Shown here: piece by piece, positions 1-9,408 of the stretch
How the letters are laid out: every line of letters starts with the position of its first letter
Position numbering within the stretch: the first letter of the stretch is position 1
Assembly: GCA_039630235.1 (NCBI GenBank)
Contig: JBCNVI010000007.1
Location: 20,365-84,364, forward strand
DNA length: 64,000 bases
Reading direction: 5' to 3'
Source: Candidatus Hydrothermales bacterium
GTDB lineage: Bacteria; Hydrothermota; Hydrothermia; Hydrothermales; JAJRUZ01
Notes under the pieces: generated by a model
Told to the model about the DNA's origin: nothing
Databases searched by the model: none
What the model saw: only the letters and a program-made list of their open reading frames with translations
Made by a program: the position numbers and the translations under genes

Positions 1-2
1 CT

Positions 3-314
3 GAACCTGCTGAAGAAGGCGATCTTTCAAAAGTTAGGGTTGTTCCAAATCCTTTTGTAGGTTCAGCAAAATGGTCAGCGACAGAACTTTATAGTAAGAT
101 TGAATTTCAGAACCTTCCTCCAATATGCAAGATTTATATATTCACAGCAAGTGGAAAACTTGTAAAGCTATTAAACCATAACAATTTGACAGGAACAGAA
201 GTATGGGATCTTTTGAATGAGAATAATGTTAAAGTTTCATCAGGATTTTATTATTATAAGATCGAGACGCCTGAAGGTAAGACAAAGATAGGTAAATTTG
301 TAATTCTTGATTAA
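3..314 (+). CDS. 3' fragment of a secreted protein ending in a T9SS-type C-terminal sorting domain (..VVPNPFVGSAKW..KIGKFVILD*); the 5' end lies outside the window
   Basis: Open frame from the window edge to TAA at 312-314. The tail has beta-strand-rich Por_Secre_tail-like hallmarks (VxPNPF start, alternating hydrophobics, K-rich end). Confidence 0.5.
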   Translation, partial: EPAEEGDLSKVRVVPNPFVGSAKWSATELYSKIEFQNLPPICKIYIFTASGKLVKLLNHNNLTGTEVWDLLNENNVKVSSGFYYYKIETPEGKTKIGKFVILD

Positions 315-330
315 GGGGGAGGGGATAAAA

Positions 331-1320
331 ATGAAGAGGTTTTTAGTGCTTTTCTCTGTATTAGCTTCATTTGTTTATGCGCAGCAGAAGGTGGGAAATG
401 TAGGTGCAGACTTTCTATCTATACCTCTTCTTCCTGAGGCGATGGGTATGGGTGGTGCCTATACAGCCATTTCTAGTGGTGCTTCCAGTGTATTTTGGAA
501 TCCCTCTGGAACAGCTGATGTTAAGGGTTTAGAGCTATATACTGGTTATACAGTGTGGTTTGAGGACACAAGGGTTCCCTACTTTTCAATTGTTAAAAGT
601 CAAGGGCTCTATGGAAATTTTGGATTTTTCGTTTCGGGATTCTTCTCTGGTGATATGGAGGAGTGGACTGTAGAAGGCCCTACAGGTAAATACTTTAGTT
701 ACAATGCTTATCAAATTGGTTTGAATTATTCCAGATATTTTACGGATAGGTTTGCTTCTGGTGTTTCAATAAAATATGTAGGAGAAAGTTATGGTTCAAT
801 TTCAAAGACAAGGGGTATAGCCTTTGATGCTGGAACAGTTTTTAATACAGGTCTTTATACAATTAGATTAGGAATGGCTTTTGTTAATTTGGGTCCAGAC
901 TTAAAGCCTTCAGGAGAATATATACAATATTTATATGAAGGTGGTCAGATGAACGAATATAAAAGGTTTTACACAAGTTATCCCTTGCCTACCACTTTCA
1001 GGTTAGGTCTTGCTCTTGACCCTTATATCTCAAAGTTTTTGAAAATAACAAGTACACTTGAGCTTTTGCACCCAACAGATTACAATGAAAGTTTCCACTG
1101 TGGTTTAAAGTTTGATTTTAATACTTTTTATTTTTCAACTGGATATTTTGTTTTGATCGGTGAAAGAGTAATAGAAGAGAAGTTTAATGAAGGAGGGCTT
1201 TCCCTAGGTTTTGGTCTTAATACAAAAGTTAAGTTTGGAACTTTAAAGCTAAACTACTCATTCAATGATATGGGTATATTACCTTTTGTTCACAGATTTT
1301 CTATTAACTTTATATACTAA
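331..1320 (+). CDS. Outer-membrane beta-barrel protein of the PorV/PorQ (UPF0164-like) family; T9SS-associated
   Basis: Signal peptide MKRFLVLFSVLASFVYAQQ. N-terminal motif GADFLSIPLLPEAMGMGGAYTAISSGASSVFWNPSG matches the G..FL.I...A.GMGGA.TA...S..WNP.G signature of PorV/PorQ. Aromatic C-terminal residue (..FIY*). Start moved to ATG 331 with RBS AAGGGGGAGGGG upstream; the track start at 307 lacks an RBS. Confidence 0.55.
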   Translation: MKRFLVLFSVLASFVYAQQKVGNVGADFLSIPLLPEAMGMGGAYTAISSGASSVFWNPSGTADVKGLELYTGYTVWFEDTRVPYFSIVKSQGLYGNFGFFVSGFFSGDMEEWTVEGPTGKYFSYNAYQIGLNYSRYFTDRFASGVSIKYVGESYGSISKTRGIAFDAGTVFNTGLYTIRLGMAFVNLGPDLKPSGEYIQYLYEGGQMNEYKRFYTSYPLPTTFRLGLALDPYISKFLKITSTLELLHPTDYNESFHCGLKFDFNTFYFSTGYFVLIGERVIEEKFNEGGLSLGFGLNTKVKFGTLKLNYSFNDMGILPFVHRFSINFIY

Positions 1321-1332
1321 AGGAGGTGAAGT

Positions 1333-4300
1333 ATGAGGAGTAAATTTTTGTTTCTATTAGCAATACTTTTCTCTGGGCTATATTCTTCTTATACTCTTGG
1401 TGAGAGTAAAAGTCAGATCTTTTTGAGGTGGGGGATAACTCTTGCTTTCTATGCTGATACTATAATTTTAAGACATATCGATTCAGTAACTTATGAGGAG
1501 GGGGGATCTTTAAGGAAGCTGCGCTTTTATGTATGGACTCCCTATGATAAAATCCCGGTCAAAAAATTTATAATAAACAGAATTTCAGGTACTTTACCTC
1601 AGAGAAAGTACGGGTGGCTTATTGTAGATGGTCTTGGTGCTTACAGAACTGCAAGTTTAGATAATACAAATGTACTTGCCTTTTCAAGACCACTTGAAGG
1701 AGATATAGTTGATATTTCTTTATCTTACAGAAGAACAGGAGGTATATATATACCTTCTCCTGAATTGATATATGCTCTTACTTCAGATGGGAAAATTAAA
1801 ATTTTCAGTGTAACTTTAGATTCATTATTAAGGGAGAATTTTGTATTCAAGGATAATATTAACGATACTTTACCTTATAACACTCTTATTGATACACTTG
1901 TGAAAAATCCAATTAAGGCTCTTTCAGTTTCTTTAATTGTAGGTAAAGTTGACACTTTTGTTTATGTTGGAACAACTGAGGGAGTATATTTTAGCAAGCT
2001 CGATACCATAAACTTTATAAGGAGGGATACAGTAGTAGGAAGATTAGAGTATTACTTAAAATGGAATAAACTTGGGGATCTAACTGATTCGGTTAAGATG
2101 CTCTATGCAACAAGTTCATTTATTCTTGCAGTTACACCAGCTGGTCTTTTTAGATGGGATGGAACTAGTTGGACGCAGATCAATAATTACAAAGTCAATT
2201 CTGTTAAGGGGAACAGAGTGCCAGGTGCAAAAATTTATCTTGCTACAACTAGTGGTGCTTATTATTCAGTTGATAACGGTCTAACATTTACACCGATATC
2301 TGCATTTCAAGGTAAAAATGTTTTAGCTGTGACTGAAAAACCTACTGGTAGTTATCCTGGTTTGGGAACTTATTTTGCAGTAATAAAAGGTAAAGGTGTA
2401 TATGATGATCAAGGTAATCATCTTACAAAGGGTTTAGAGATATTTGAAGCGTATGGTTCACTAAATGGTTTTGATATTGAGCCTGACGTGTTTAATAGAT
2501 TATGGTATGCTTGTGAAGCAGGCTTATTTTATTTAAAAGATATTGGTGGTGGAAATTATGTATGGAATTTTAACCCTGGAATAGATGAAAAGTATGATCC
2601 ACAGAGTCCAGAAGCTTCAAAATTAATTGGTGTTAATGTAGCAGACGAAATTGTTAACGCTTTCGTAAATTCCTTTAAAGCTTTATTTAATGACACCCTT
2701 TATATCGATATAGAGGAAATTAAAAAAATGTTTAGAGACTATTTTGGCAGAGATTATCCAGAATCCTATATTCACTTTGTTATAAATCCCTATCTTGTTA
2801 CACCTCCTGATCCTAATGCTAGTCCTCCTTATAAACCCTCAGACATTATGCCTGTTACTTTATTTACTCTTCATGACAAGCACTCAGAGGCTCTTCAAGA
2901 ACTAAAGGACGCAATATACGTTAAGGTAGGTTTTGAGGTACTCGGAAAGGTTGGTGGATTTCTCTCACTTTCTACTATAGAGAAGAAGTTTGTATTTAAC
3001 TATCAGTTTGTTAATAGGGGACTTTTTGTTTTAAAGCCTAATGAAGATAAACTTGTAAGGAAGGGTTTAGCTGCACTTCTTGTTGCTAATTATAAGTCAA
3101 GGACAGATTCTATTCTTTACAATAATCCTCTTATAACAGGTGTTCCAGGACTTTTTGATCTTTCCGCATACTACGATTCAACTGGAACAAACGTAAACAT
3201 GTTTAATATTTCTAAGTACCATGGACTTGGTGAACCTGAAGCAAATGAGTTCAGTACAGCAAGAGTCTTTACACTTTTTGAATATATAAAGGAAAGATAT
3301 GGACTAGCGAAAATAAAAGAAATTTTTGAGGATACATCAAGTACATGGAAGAGATTCAATCCTTACATAACTTCTTGGGCCCTAGCGAATGCTATAGATA
3401 GAACCTTTGATAATAATAGGGATTACCACTTTAGACTTATAAATCCTTTCCCTCGCGAGGAGGCTACTGTTTCAGAAAGATACGGTTTTATAGAACAGGA
3501 GCCCTATTCTTATATAATCTATAGGCACAATCCAGATGCTAAAAAACATATACTTAAGCTAAGTGTATCCGATGAAGCTTCCTATTACGATAGACAAGGA
3601 AACTGGTTTACATATATGGAAGTTTACGATGTTAGATATAAATTTGTTAGAGATGTTCATGGAAATATCAGAGATACTACGATTGAAGTTGTAAGAGTTT
3701 TGCCTGTTGATTCTTCTAAAAATATCTACTCCATAGAGCTCTTAGATAATCAGACAGTTAAAAGACAAAAGATAGTTGTTGTAAATAAAAATCCAAGAAG
3801 GGTTTATAGTACTGCAAGAGGTAGAGATACTGAGGCTCCTCATCCTATTATGATTGTACTCCAGAACCCAATGGTTGATAACTTTGTAGATGTTTACGTA
3901 TGGAGTAGGAGAAAGATTTTTAAGGATGCAAAAGAAGAAGGTGTAATTCTTAAAATTACTGAGGGAGGGAAGTTAGTAGCGAAAGAAGAAAATCTTACTA
4001 ACTTAGCGGCTGCTGCTCCTATAGCTCTTTACACTACTTCAAAGGAGATCCCAAGAAAGTCAACGATTTATACCTTTACCGCTTACGTTGAAGATACAAC
4101 CGGAAATGGGACAGAGGTTGTTTTATCTGTTCCTACCTATTATGTTGAGGGAGGAGGCATATATGCAAGTTCGGATGGTTCAGTAAAGGTGAGCTTTCCA
4201 AATAACGTTAATAATTTATTCCTAACTCTCTCAAAGTTTGATAGGGAAGGTACAGAATTTATTGTACCAGGTTCTAATGAGGGGATATCTGACGTTTTTG

Positions 4301-4776
4301 TAATTGGAAATAGGGGAAGGAAATTGAGTCAAACTTTTATAGTAGAAATTAAAGATCCAGCTTTAACAAAAGAAGGTAGCGGTGTATTTAGATACGATGA
4401 AGAACTTGGATGGGTTCCTGTGGAAGGATTTGTTGATAGATCTGAGGGTAAATTTGTATTTGAAACAAATGCTTTCGGTATTTTCCAAGTAAGAGCAGGT
4501 GGAACTGTAAAGAATCAACCAGTGTTAAAGGTTGATGGACTTTGGAGAGAAAGTAAGGGCAAGATGTTACTTTATGTTCCAATTAAGACAGATGTGACGC
4601 TCTCTATTTACGACTTAGCTGGAAGAAAAGTTTTCGATGTATTTAACGGGGAGAAGGAATCTGGAATTTATGAGTTTGAGTTAAGATTTCCTTCAAATGG
4701 TATTTACTTTATAAAGGCTGATATTAAAGGATTCTCAATGATAAGGAAAAAATTAATAGTTCTTGGTTCAAACTAA
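1333..4776 (+). CDS. Large (1147 aa) secreted protein of unknown function with a T9SS-type C-terminal sorting domain
   Basis: RBS AAGGAGGTGA 6 nt upstream. Signal peptide MRSKFLFLLAILFSGLYSS. C-terminus ..SNGIYFIKADIKGFSMIRKKLIVLGSN resembles the Por_Secre_tail CTD. I recognise no catalytic motif. Confidence 0.6.
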   Translation: MRSKFLFLLAILFSGLYSSYTLGESKSQIFLRWGITLAFYADTIILRHIDSVTYEEGGSLRKLRFYVWTPYDKIPVKKFIINRISGTLPQRKYGWLIVDGLGAYRTASLDNTNVLAFSRPLEGDIVDISLSYRRTGGIYIPSPELIYALTSDGKIKIFSVTLDSLLRENFVFKDNINDTLPYNTLIDTLVKNPIKALSVSLIVGKVDTFVYVGTTEGVYFSKLDTINFIRRDTVVGRLEYYLKWNKLGDLTDSVKMLYATSSFILAVTPAGLFRWDGTSWTQINNYKVNSVKGNRVPGAKIYLATTSGAYYSVDNGLTFTPISAFQGKNVLAVTEKPTGSYPGLGTYFAVIKGKGVYDDQGNHLTKGLEIFEAYGSLNGFDIEPDVFNRLWYACEAGLFYLKDIGGGNYVWNFNPGIDEKYDPQSPEASKLIGVNVADEIVNAFVNSFKALFNDTLYIDIEEIKKMFRDYFGRDYPESYIHFVINPYLVTPPDPNASPPYKPSDIMPVTLFTLHDKHSEALQELKDAIYVKVGFEVLGKVGGFLSLSTIEKKFVFNYQFVNRGLFVLKPNEDKLVRKGLAALLVANYKSRTDSILYNNPLITGVPGLFDLSAYYDSTGTNVNMFNISKYHGLGEPEANEFSTARVFTLFEYIKERYGLAKIKEIFEDTSSTWKRFNPYITSWALANAIDRTFDNNRDYHFRLINPFPREEATVSERYGFIEQEPYSYIIYRHNPDAKKHILKLSVSDEASYYDRQGNWFTYMEVYDVRYKFVRDVHGNIRDTTIEVVRVLPVDSSKNIYSIELLDNQTVKRQKIVVVNKNPRRVYSTARGRDTEAPHPIMIVLQNPMVDNFVDVYVWSRRKIFKDAKEEGVILKITEGGKLVAKEENLTNLAAAAPIALYTTSKEIPRKSTIYTFTAYVEDTTGNGTEVVLSVPTYYVEGGGIYASSDGSVKVSFPNNVNNLFLTLSKFDREGTEFIVPGSNEGISDVFVIGNRGRKLSQTFIVEIKDPALTKEGSGVFRYDEELGWVPVEGFVDRSEGKFVFETNAFGIFQVRAGGTVKNQPVLKVDGLWRESKGKMLLYVPIKTDVTLSIYDLAGRKVFDVFNGEKESGIYEFELRFPSNGIYFIKADIKGFSMIRKKLIVLGSN

Positions 4777-4786
4777 GGGGGAGAAA

Positions 4787-5647
4787 ATGAGAAAAATAAA
4801 GTATGTTACTATTGTTTTAGTTATAGTATTTGCCTTAATTTCGTGTAAGAGGGCAGAGCCTGAATTTGGGGTAGAGCCTTCAAGGGATCTTCTGCTTCAA
4901 CAGGCTTGGGAGCACTATGATAGGGGAGAGTTTGATGTTGCTGAGTTTCTGTTTGATTCTCTTATAACCCTTAATTTACGTGATAGAGAGGCTCTTCTTG
5001 GTAAGGGTTATACCTTGGTTTCAAAAAAGAATTATGACTTGTCTTCTGCTCTTTCTTACTTTTCTCTAATTCTTGCGATTGATGGAATATCTCTTGTTGA
5101 AAAGAAGTTTAAGGAGGTTGCTACTATTATAACTTCAAGATCTTTGCCCTATGGAGCTACTTGGGCGATAAGGACGAAAAAGAGAAATATTGTATGGGTA
5201 TCGAATGTTATTGAGGCTCCAGCTGATGTTCACAGTCCCATATATTTTGATGATACTCTTGTGTATTTCAAAGGGACACCGCCTGACACTATAACTTATA
5301 TTGACTATACTTACTATAAACCACAAAGTTCTACTGATGATATATTCTCATGGGCATGGGCGGGGATTGGTTTAATTTACCTGGCTCAAGATAAAAGGTC
5401 TTTGTCTGCAGAGTATCTCTATTCACTTGTAAGAAGAAGTAGAGCCTTCTATTTTCCTCACTATCCCTTTATAAAGTTTACAAACATTATTGGATCTGCT
5501 GCCTATGTTTACTTTAAGGAAGGTTTATATGCAAATGCAGTTGATATATTAAAGTTATCAGGTTGGATTGATTATCCTGAAGATCCCTTTGATCCTACAA
5601 CACATTTGAAAATTCTTCTAAAAATTGAAGAATTGATGAATGATTAG
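4787..5647 (+). CDS. Lipoprotein, TPR-like helical repeats
   Basis: RBS AAGGGGGAGAAA before ATG 4787. Lipobox-like signal MRKIKYVTIVLVIVFALISC|KR. Helical repeat pattern (AWEHYDRGEFDVAEFLFDSLI..). The track start at 4763 sits inside the upstream gene's 3' end. Confidence 0.55.
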   Translation: MRKIKYVTIVLVIVFALISCKRAEPEFGVEPSRDLLLQQAWEHYDRGEFDVAEFLFDSLITLNLRDREALLGKGYTLVSKKNYDLSSALSYFSLILAIDGISLVEKKFKEVATIITSRSLPYGATWAIRTKKRNIVWVSNVIEAPADVHSPIYFDDTLVYFKGTPPDTITYIDYTYYKPQSSTDDIFSWAWAGIGLIYLAQDKRSLSAEYLYSLVRRSRAFYFPHYPFIKFTNIIGSAAYVYFKEGLYANAVDILKLSGWIDYPEDPFDPTTHLKILLKIEELMND

Positions 5648-5675
5648 ATATAATAGAGATTGCAAAAATTCAAAG

Positions 5676-5692
5676 AGGGGGTTCAAATCCCT
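5676..5692 (+). other. tRNA T-arm-like element AGGGGGTTCAAATCCCT, 19 nt upstream of the ATG of the BNR-repeat gene
   Basis: Contains the exact T-stem-loop consensus GGTTCAAATCC (identical to the tRNA-Glu T-arm in this window). No flanking cloverleaf. Confidence 0.3.
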
Positions 5693-5711
5693 AAAAAAAA
5701 GGAGGTTTTAA

Positions 5712-7433
5712 ATGAGTTATAATAAAAAGGGGGTGCTTAGTTTACTCTTTGTAGGATTCCTCCTTGCAGGAACAATAAGGCCTACTGTTATGGAACATGT
5801 TATAATTGATCGTGAGGACTTGAAAAATACCTCAGATATTTATCCTTCAGCTCCTCCAGTTTATACAACGATACCAATTAGTTATATAGATACGATGCCT
5901 AATCAGTACTCAACTTTATATACAGCTCCAAAACCAATAAATACATCACCTGATCAATCTTGTGTCTTTTTTACTTATAGAAGATTGTCTGATAACCCAG
6001 CTTATCCAGGAACTGGTCGTTTAGCTCTTGTTTTTTCAAAGGATGGTGGTGCTACTTGGACAAGAATATGGCCATACAACATTGATGGAGCCGGCAGATA
6101 TCCTAACGTAGGTCCCTGGATGGGTAATAGCGATACCTTTATTCTTACATACTCAACAGTGAGAACTCCATTTGAAGGTGCAATCTCTACTGTTCCATCT
6201 GATGGTTCTCTACCTCAAGGAAATATACTAACTTACTTCATTACAACACCTGGATTTGTCGGTTACAGGAGTTTTGGAAACGCTTCAAACGATATGGGAA
6301 ATTATGTTAATTTCCTTGTAGGACAGGATAATAACTATTTCACTCATTGGTGGTGGAGACTTGGATTTGTTGATCCTGATCCACCTGCTCAAATTTTCCC
6401 TGCACATACCCCTGGTGTATGGCTAATGGATTATTGGGATGGAGCACTTGCAGCTCTTGTAGATCCTGAAACTGTTAAAGTTTCTTATGATGATGGCGCT
6501 ACTTGGACTAATATTCCCCTTTACTTTGCTATTCCAATAGATACCTTTAGATTCCAAGGAGTAGATTACATTGTTAATACTCTCTGGTATGTAAATTACT
6601 GGGATTTTGCCCTCTTTAATGCAACAACACCTATGGCTCTTTTAACAACTACATGTAGGTTTACAAATCCTATAGTTTTTGGAGCAGCCGATACTTTTGA
6701 GGCTGGAAATGGTGCGTATATTGTGACACCTACAGCTACTTATACAGTAATAGATCCTGACGAGTTAATCTTCTTTACAAATATTGAGCTTACAATAGAC
6801 CATGTCAGAAATATACTTTTTGTTACATATGTTGCGTATCATACAATTGACCATGTTCCTAATAGGAGGTATGGATGGACTGATATTTATGTAAAATATT
6901 CAACTGATGGAGGAGCTACTTGGTCTGCACCTATTAATATCACTAGAGATGTAAGTAATCAACCAACCGATGATAAGATTGAGCATAAAGTTCATACAAT
7001 AAAACATGTAACTGCTCCTGGTAACTATAATTTATGGCTTTTATTTAATGTGCCAAGAGGATGGGATGGTACTAATGCTGGACTAGATCTTCATTATAAT
7101 GTTTATATAGTTGGTGGTACGGTTCCCACTTATATTTTAACAGGTTATGTTCCTGTGCTTAAGATTTTTGAGAAATCTATGGATAATTTTGCTTCAAGAA
7201 AGCTCACCCTTAATGGAAATGTATTTAACGGAACTATAAAGTTTGTATCCCCTGTGAACGGTAAGATGGCTTTCGATATTTTCGATCTCTCTGGAAGAAG
7301 AATTACATCTAAGACCATCTACGTTAAAGAGGGAAGCAATGAGATAAAGGTGGAAAGCCTCAAATCTGGAATATACTTCCTGAGATATAACGGAGATACA
7401 AAAGGTAATCTGAAACTTGTTGTTACTGAATAA
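5712..7433 (+). CDS. BNR/Asp-box repeat protein (sialidase/glycosidase-like beta-propeller) with a T9SS-type C-terminal sorting domain
   Basis: RBS GGAGG at 5701-5705. Signal peptide present. Three Asp-box repeats S-x-D-x-G-x-T-W (SKDGGATWTRI, SYDDGATWTNI, STDGGATWSAP). C-terminus ..SGIYFLRYNGDTKGNLKLVVTE is CTD-like. Confidence 0.7.
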   Translation: MSYNKKGVLSLLFVGFLLAGTIRPTVMEHVIIDREDLKNTSDIYPSAPPVYTTIPISYIDTMPNQYSTLYTAPKPINTSPDQSCVFFTYRRLSDNPAYPGTGRLALVFSKDGGATWTRIWPYNIDGAGRYPNVGPWMGNSDTFILTYSTVRTPFEGAISTVPSDGSLPQGNILTYFITTPGFVGYRSFGNASNDMGNYVNFLVGQDNNYFTHWWWRLGFVDPDPPAQIFPAHTPGVWLMDYWDGALAALVDPETVKVSYDDGATWTNIPLYFAIPIDTFRFQGVDYIVNTLWYVNYWDFALFNATTPMALLTTTCRFTNPIVFGAADTFEAGNGAYIVTPTATYTVIDPDELIFFTNIELTIDHVRNILFVTYVAYHTIDHVPNRRYGWTDIYVKYSTDGGATWSAPINITRDVSNQPTDDKIEHKVHTIKHVTAPGNYNLWLLFNVPRGWDGTNAGLDLHYNVYIVGGTVPTYILTGYVPVLKIFEKSMDNFASRKLTLNGNVFNGTIKFVSPVNGKMAFDIFDLSGRRITSKTIYVKEGSNEIKVESLKSGIYFLRYNGDTKGNLKLVVTE

Positions 7434-7471
7434 GGGGTAAAAGCGGTTCTGGTATATATAAAAGGGAAGGG

Positions 7472-7502
7472 CCCCTCCCAAAAATGGGAGGGGTCTTTTT
7501 TT
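7472..7502 (+). terminator. Rho-independent terminator downstream of the BNR-repeat gene
   Basis: Perfect 8-bp stem CCCCTCCC/GGGAGGGG with loop AAAAAT, followed by TCTTTTTTT. Confidence 0.65.
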
Positions 7503-7511
7503 AGATAATAT

Positions 7512-9140
7512 ATGAAGCTCTTGCTATTAGCATTTCTTTTAAGCCAAGGTGAAGTTAAAATAATCGAGCTGATAAAATCTAACAGGATAAAAGAAGCAGA
7601 GAGTGAAATAAGAAGTCTGCTTAAAAGGGGTGAAAGAGGAGAAAAAATCGATTATCTTTTTTTTTTTTTATATTCTTTTGAAAAACACGACTCTGTCATA
7701 ATTTATTCAAATATATTCTTGAGCACTTACCCTAAAAGTGAACATAGGGCAGAAGTTTTATACATGCTTGCAAAAAGTTATGAAAAAATTAATTTTTTAG
7801 TTAGAGCCCTCGAAAGCTATATTGCTATATTGAAATACAGAGACTCACCCTATTTTAAAGAGGCTGAAACAAAAGCTTTAGATCTTTCAAAAAAATTATC
7901 TTTAAAAGAATTATTGAGAAATATTAATAAGCTCAGAGATTTTGAAATTTATCCAGATGTTTTATTTATAGCTTACGAAAAGGCAAAACAAGAAGGAGAT
8001 TTAAGGGCTCAAGAGGAAATCATTGAAGTTTTAAAAAGAGAGTTTCCTGAACATAAAAAAACTAAGGAAATTGCAAAAATTTACACAAAAAAAGAAAAAG
8101 AAACAGAACCTATTTTTAGGTTAAAAAAATCAAAAGATATCTTTATTTACCTTCCACTTTCAGGACCAGATAGTTTGTTGGGACAAGAATTTTTAAAGGG
8201 TTTTGAACTTTCATTTAAACATCAGAATTATAAGGTTTTTGATACGAGGGATGATCCTTTATATACATATAAATTACTTGAAGATCATTTTAATTACGAT
8301 TATGACTTTAAAATCTTAATAGGACCTCTTTTGAGTAAAAGCCTTTACTTAGCTCTTCCTTATTTTGCAAAAAAAGGAGATAAAGTGTTTATAGTCCCTG
8401 CCCTATCTTACATTAGAGCCTGTGAATATGGAGAAAATATTATAACTCTTTCAAACTCACTTTATCTTGAAATTAAAGCACTTATAGAAAGATTTATTGT
8501 GCCAAATAATATTAATGAAATATGTGTTCTTTTACCAAAAACCGATGAGGGAGAAAGTATTACATCTTTGCTGATAGATTTACTCAGAAATAGAGGTAAG
8601 ACTTTTTACCAATTTTTTTCAGTTGATTCACTTGATTTTCAAAATAAAATAGATCAGATAATTAATTTTTTTCAAGATACAAGTGGTCCAGAAGTTATTG
8701 TTTTTCCTTCAGGAACAGAGGAGTCCCTTTTATCTTTCTCTTCTCAAATTGTCTTTAAGGGATTAAGATCCAAAATACTTACAACTGGAAAATTTACAAC
8801 AGAGGATTTTGCAATTAAGTCTAATAGGTACGTGGAAGAAAGAGTAATTTTTGCCAGTGCCGGTATATGGGATAACTCTGTCTCAGAAAAGTTTATTTCT
8901 GAGTTTAAATCTAAATACGGTTATTATCCAAGCAAAATAGCTTCAATTGGCTACGACATCGGGAGTATTCTAAATTTTGCCCTTGAAAAAAATATAACTG
9001 GCTCATTTTATTTATTAAATTTCTTAAAAGATTTAGCGTATTTTAAAGGCTCCTTTAAGTTTTATCTTTTTGGTAAAAACATAGAGAATGTAAAGTTTTA
9101 TAAAATCAAAGATAAAAAATTTGAGCTCCTTGAATTTTGA
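7512..9140 (+). CDS. LpoA-like periplasmic protein: N-terminal TPR-like helical domain plus C-terminal type-I periplasmic-binding-protein fold
   Basis: Signal peptide MKLLLLAFLLSQG. The N-terminal half is helical/TPR-like. The C-terminal half has the Leu/Ile/Val-binding-protein-like pattern (ILIGPLLSKS..; ASIGYDIGSIL). Contains a 13-T homopolymer at 7657-7669. Confidence 0.4.
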   Translation: MKLLLLAFLLSQGEVKIIELIKSNRIKEAESEIRSLLKRGERGEKIDYLFFFLYSFEKHDSVIIYSNIFLSTYPKSEHRAEVLYMLAKSYEKINFLVRALESYIAILKYRDSPYFKEAETKALDLSKKLSLKELLRNINKLRDFEIYPDVLFIAYEKAKQEGDLRAQEEIIEVLKREFPEHKKTKEIAKIYTKKEKETEPIFRLKKSKDIFIYLPLSGPDSLLGQEFLKGFELSFKHQNYKVFDTRDDPLYTYKLLEDHFNYDYDFKILIGPLLSKSLYLALPYFAKKGDKVFIVPALSYIRACEYGENIITLSNSLYLEIKALIERFIVPNNINEICVLLPKTDEGESITSLLIDLLRNRGKTFYQFFSVDSLDFQNKIDQIINFFQDTSGPEVIVFPSGTEESLLSFSSQIVFKGLRSKILTTGKFTTEDFAIKSNRYVEERVIFASAGIWDNSVSEKFISEFKSKYGYYPSKIASIGYDIGSILNFALEKNITGSFYLLNFLKDLAYFKGSFKFYLFGKNIENVKFYKIKDKKFELLEF

Positions 9141-9172
9141 TAAGTTAACTTTCTTTTTCTTAAAATAAAAAA

Positions 9173-9349
9173 ATGAAAAACACTTTACCCTATAAAAAAG
9201 AAAACTATATTTTAATCGTATTAGGTATAGTTTCTGCTCTAATAGGATTTGTATTTCTCTGGTTTGGAGATAAAACGTTTTCTGTTATATTTCTTGTGTT
9301 AGGTTATTTAGTACTAATTCCTTTTGGGCTTCTTTTTAAGTTTAAATAA
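9173..9349 (+). CDS. Small (58 aa) two-TM membrane protein, hypothetical
   Basis: ATG..TAA ORF MKNTLPYKKENYILIVLGIVSALIGFVFLWFGDKTFSVIFLVLGYLVLIPFGLLFKFK. Two hydrophobic helices. Sits in an otherwise empty 270-nt gap. Below the ORF-track length cutoff. Confidence 0.35.
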   Translation: MKNTLPYKKENYILIVLGIVSALIGFVFLWFGDKTFSVIFLVLGYLVLIPFGLLFKFK

Positions 9350-9408
9350 TTAAATTCAAGTTTACTTGCCGCTTCTTTCCTCTCCAGCCCTGCTCTTATA
9401 GATCTTAC

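Noticed and set aside
307-330. Longer N-terminal extension (MIKGEGIK) of the PorV-like ORF as given in the ORF track
   Set aside because: It overlaps the upstream gene's last codons and has no RBS. The ATG at 331 is preceded by AAGGGGGAGGGG and begins a classic signal peptide.
3171-7481. Small minus-strand ORFs (3171..3359, 4388..4582, 5135..5326, 7194..7481) inside the large plus-strand secreted-protein genes
   Set aside because: They are nested antisense in long, well-supported CDSs. 7194..7481 also spans the terminator hairpin. No supporting signals.
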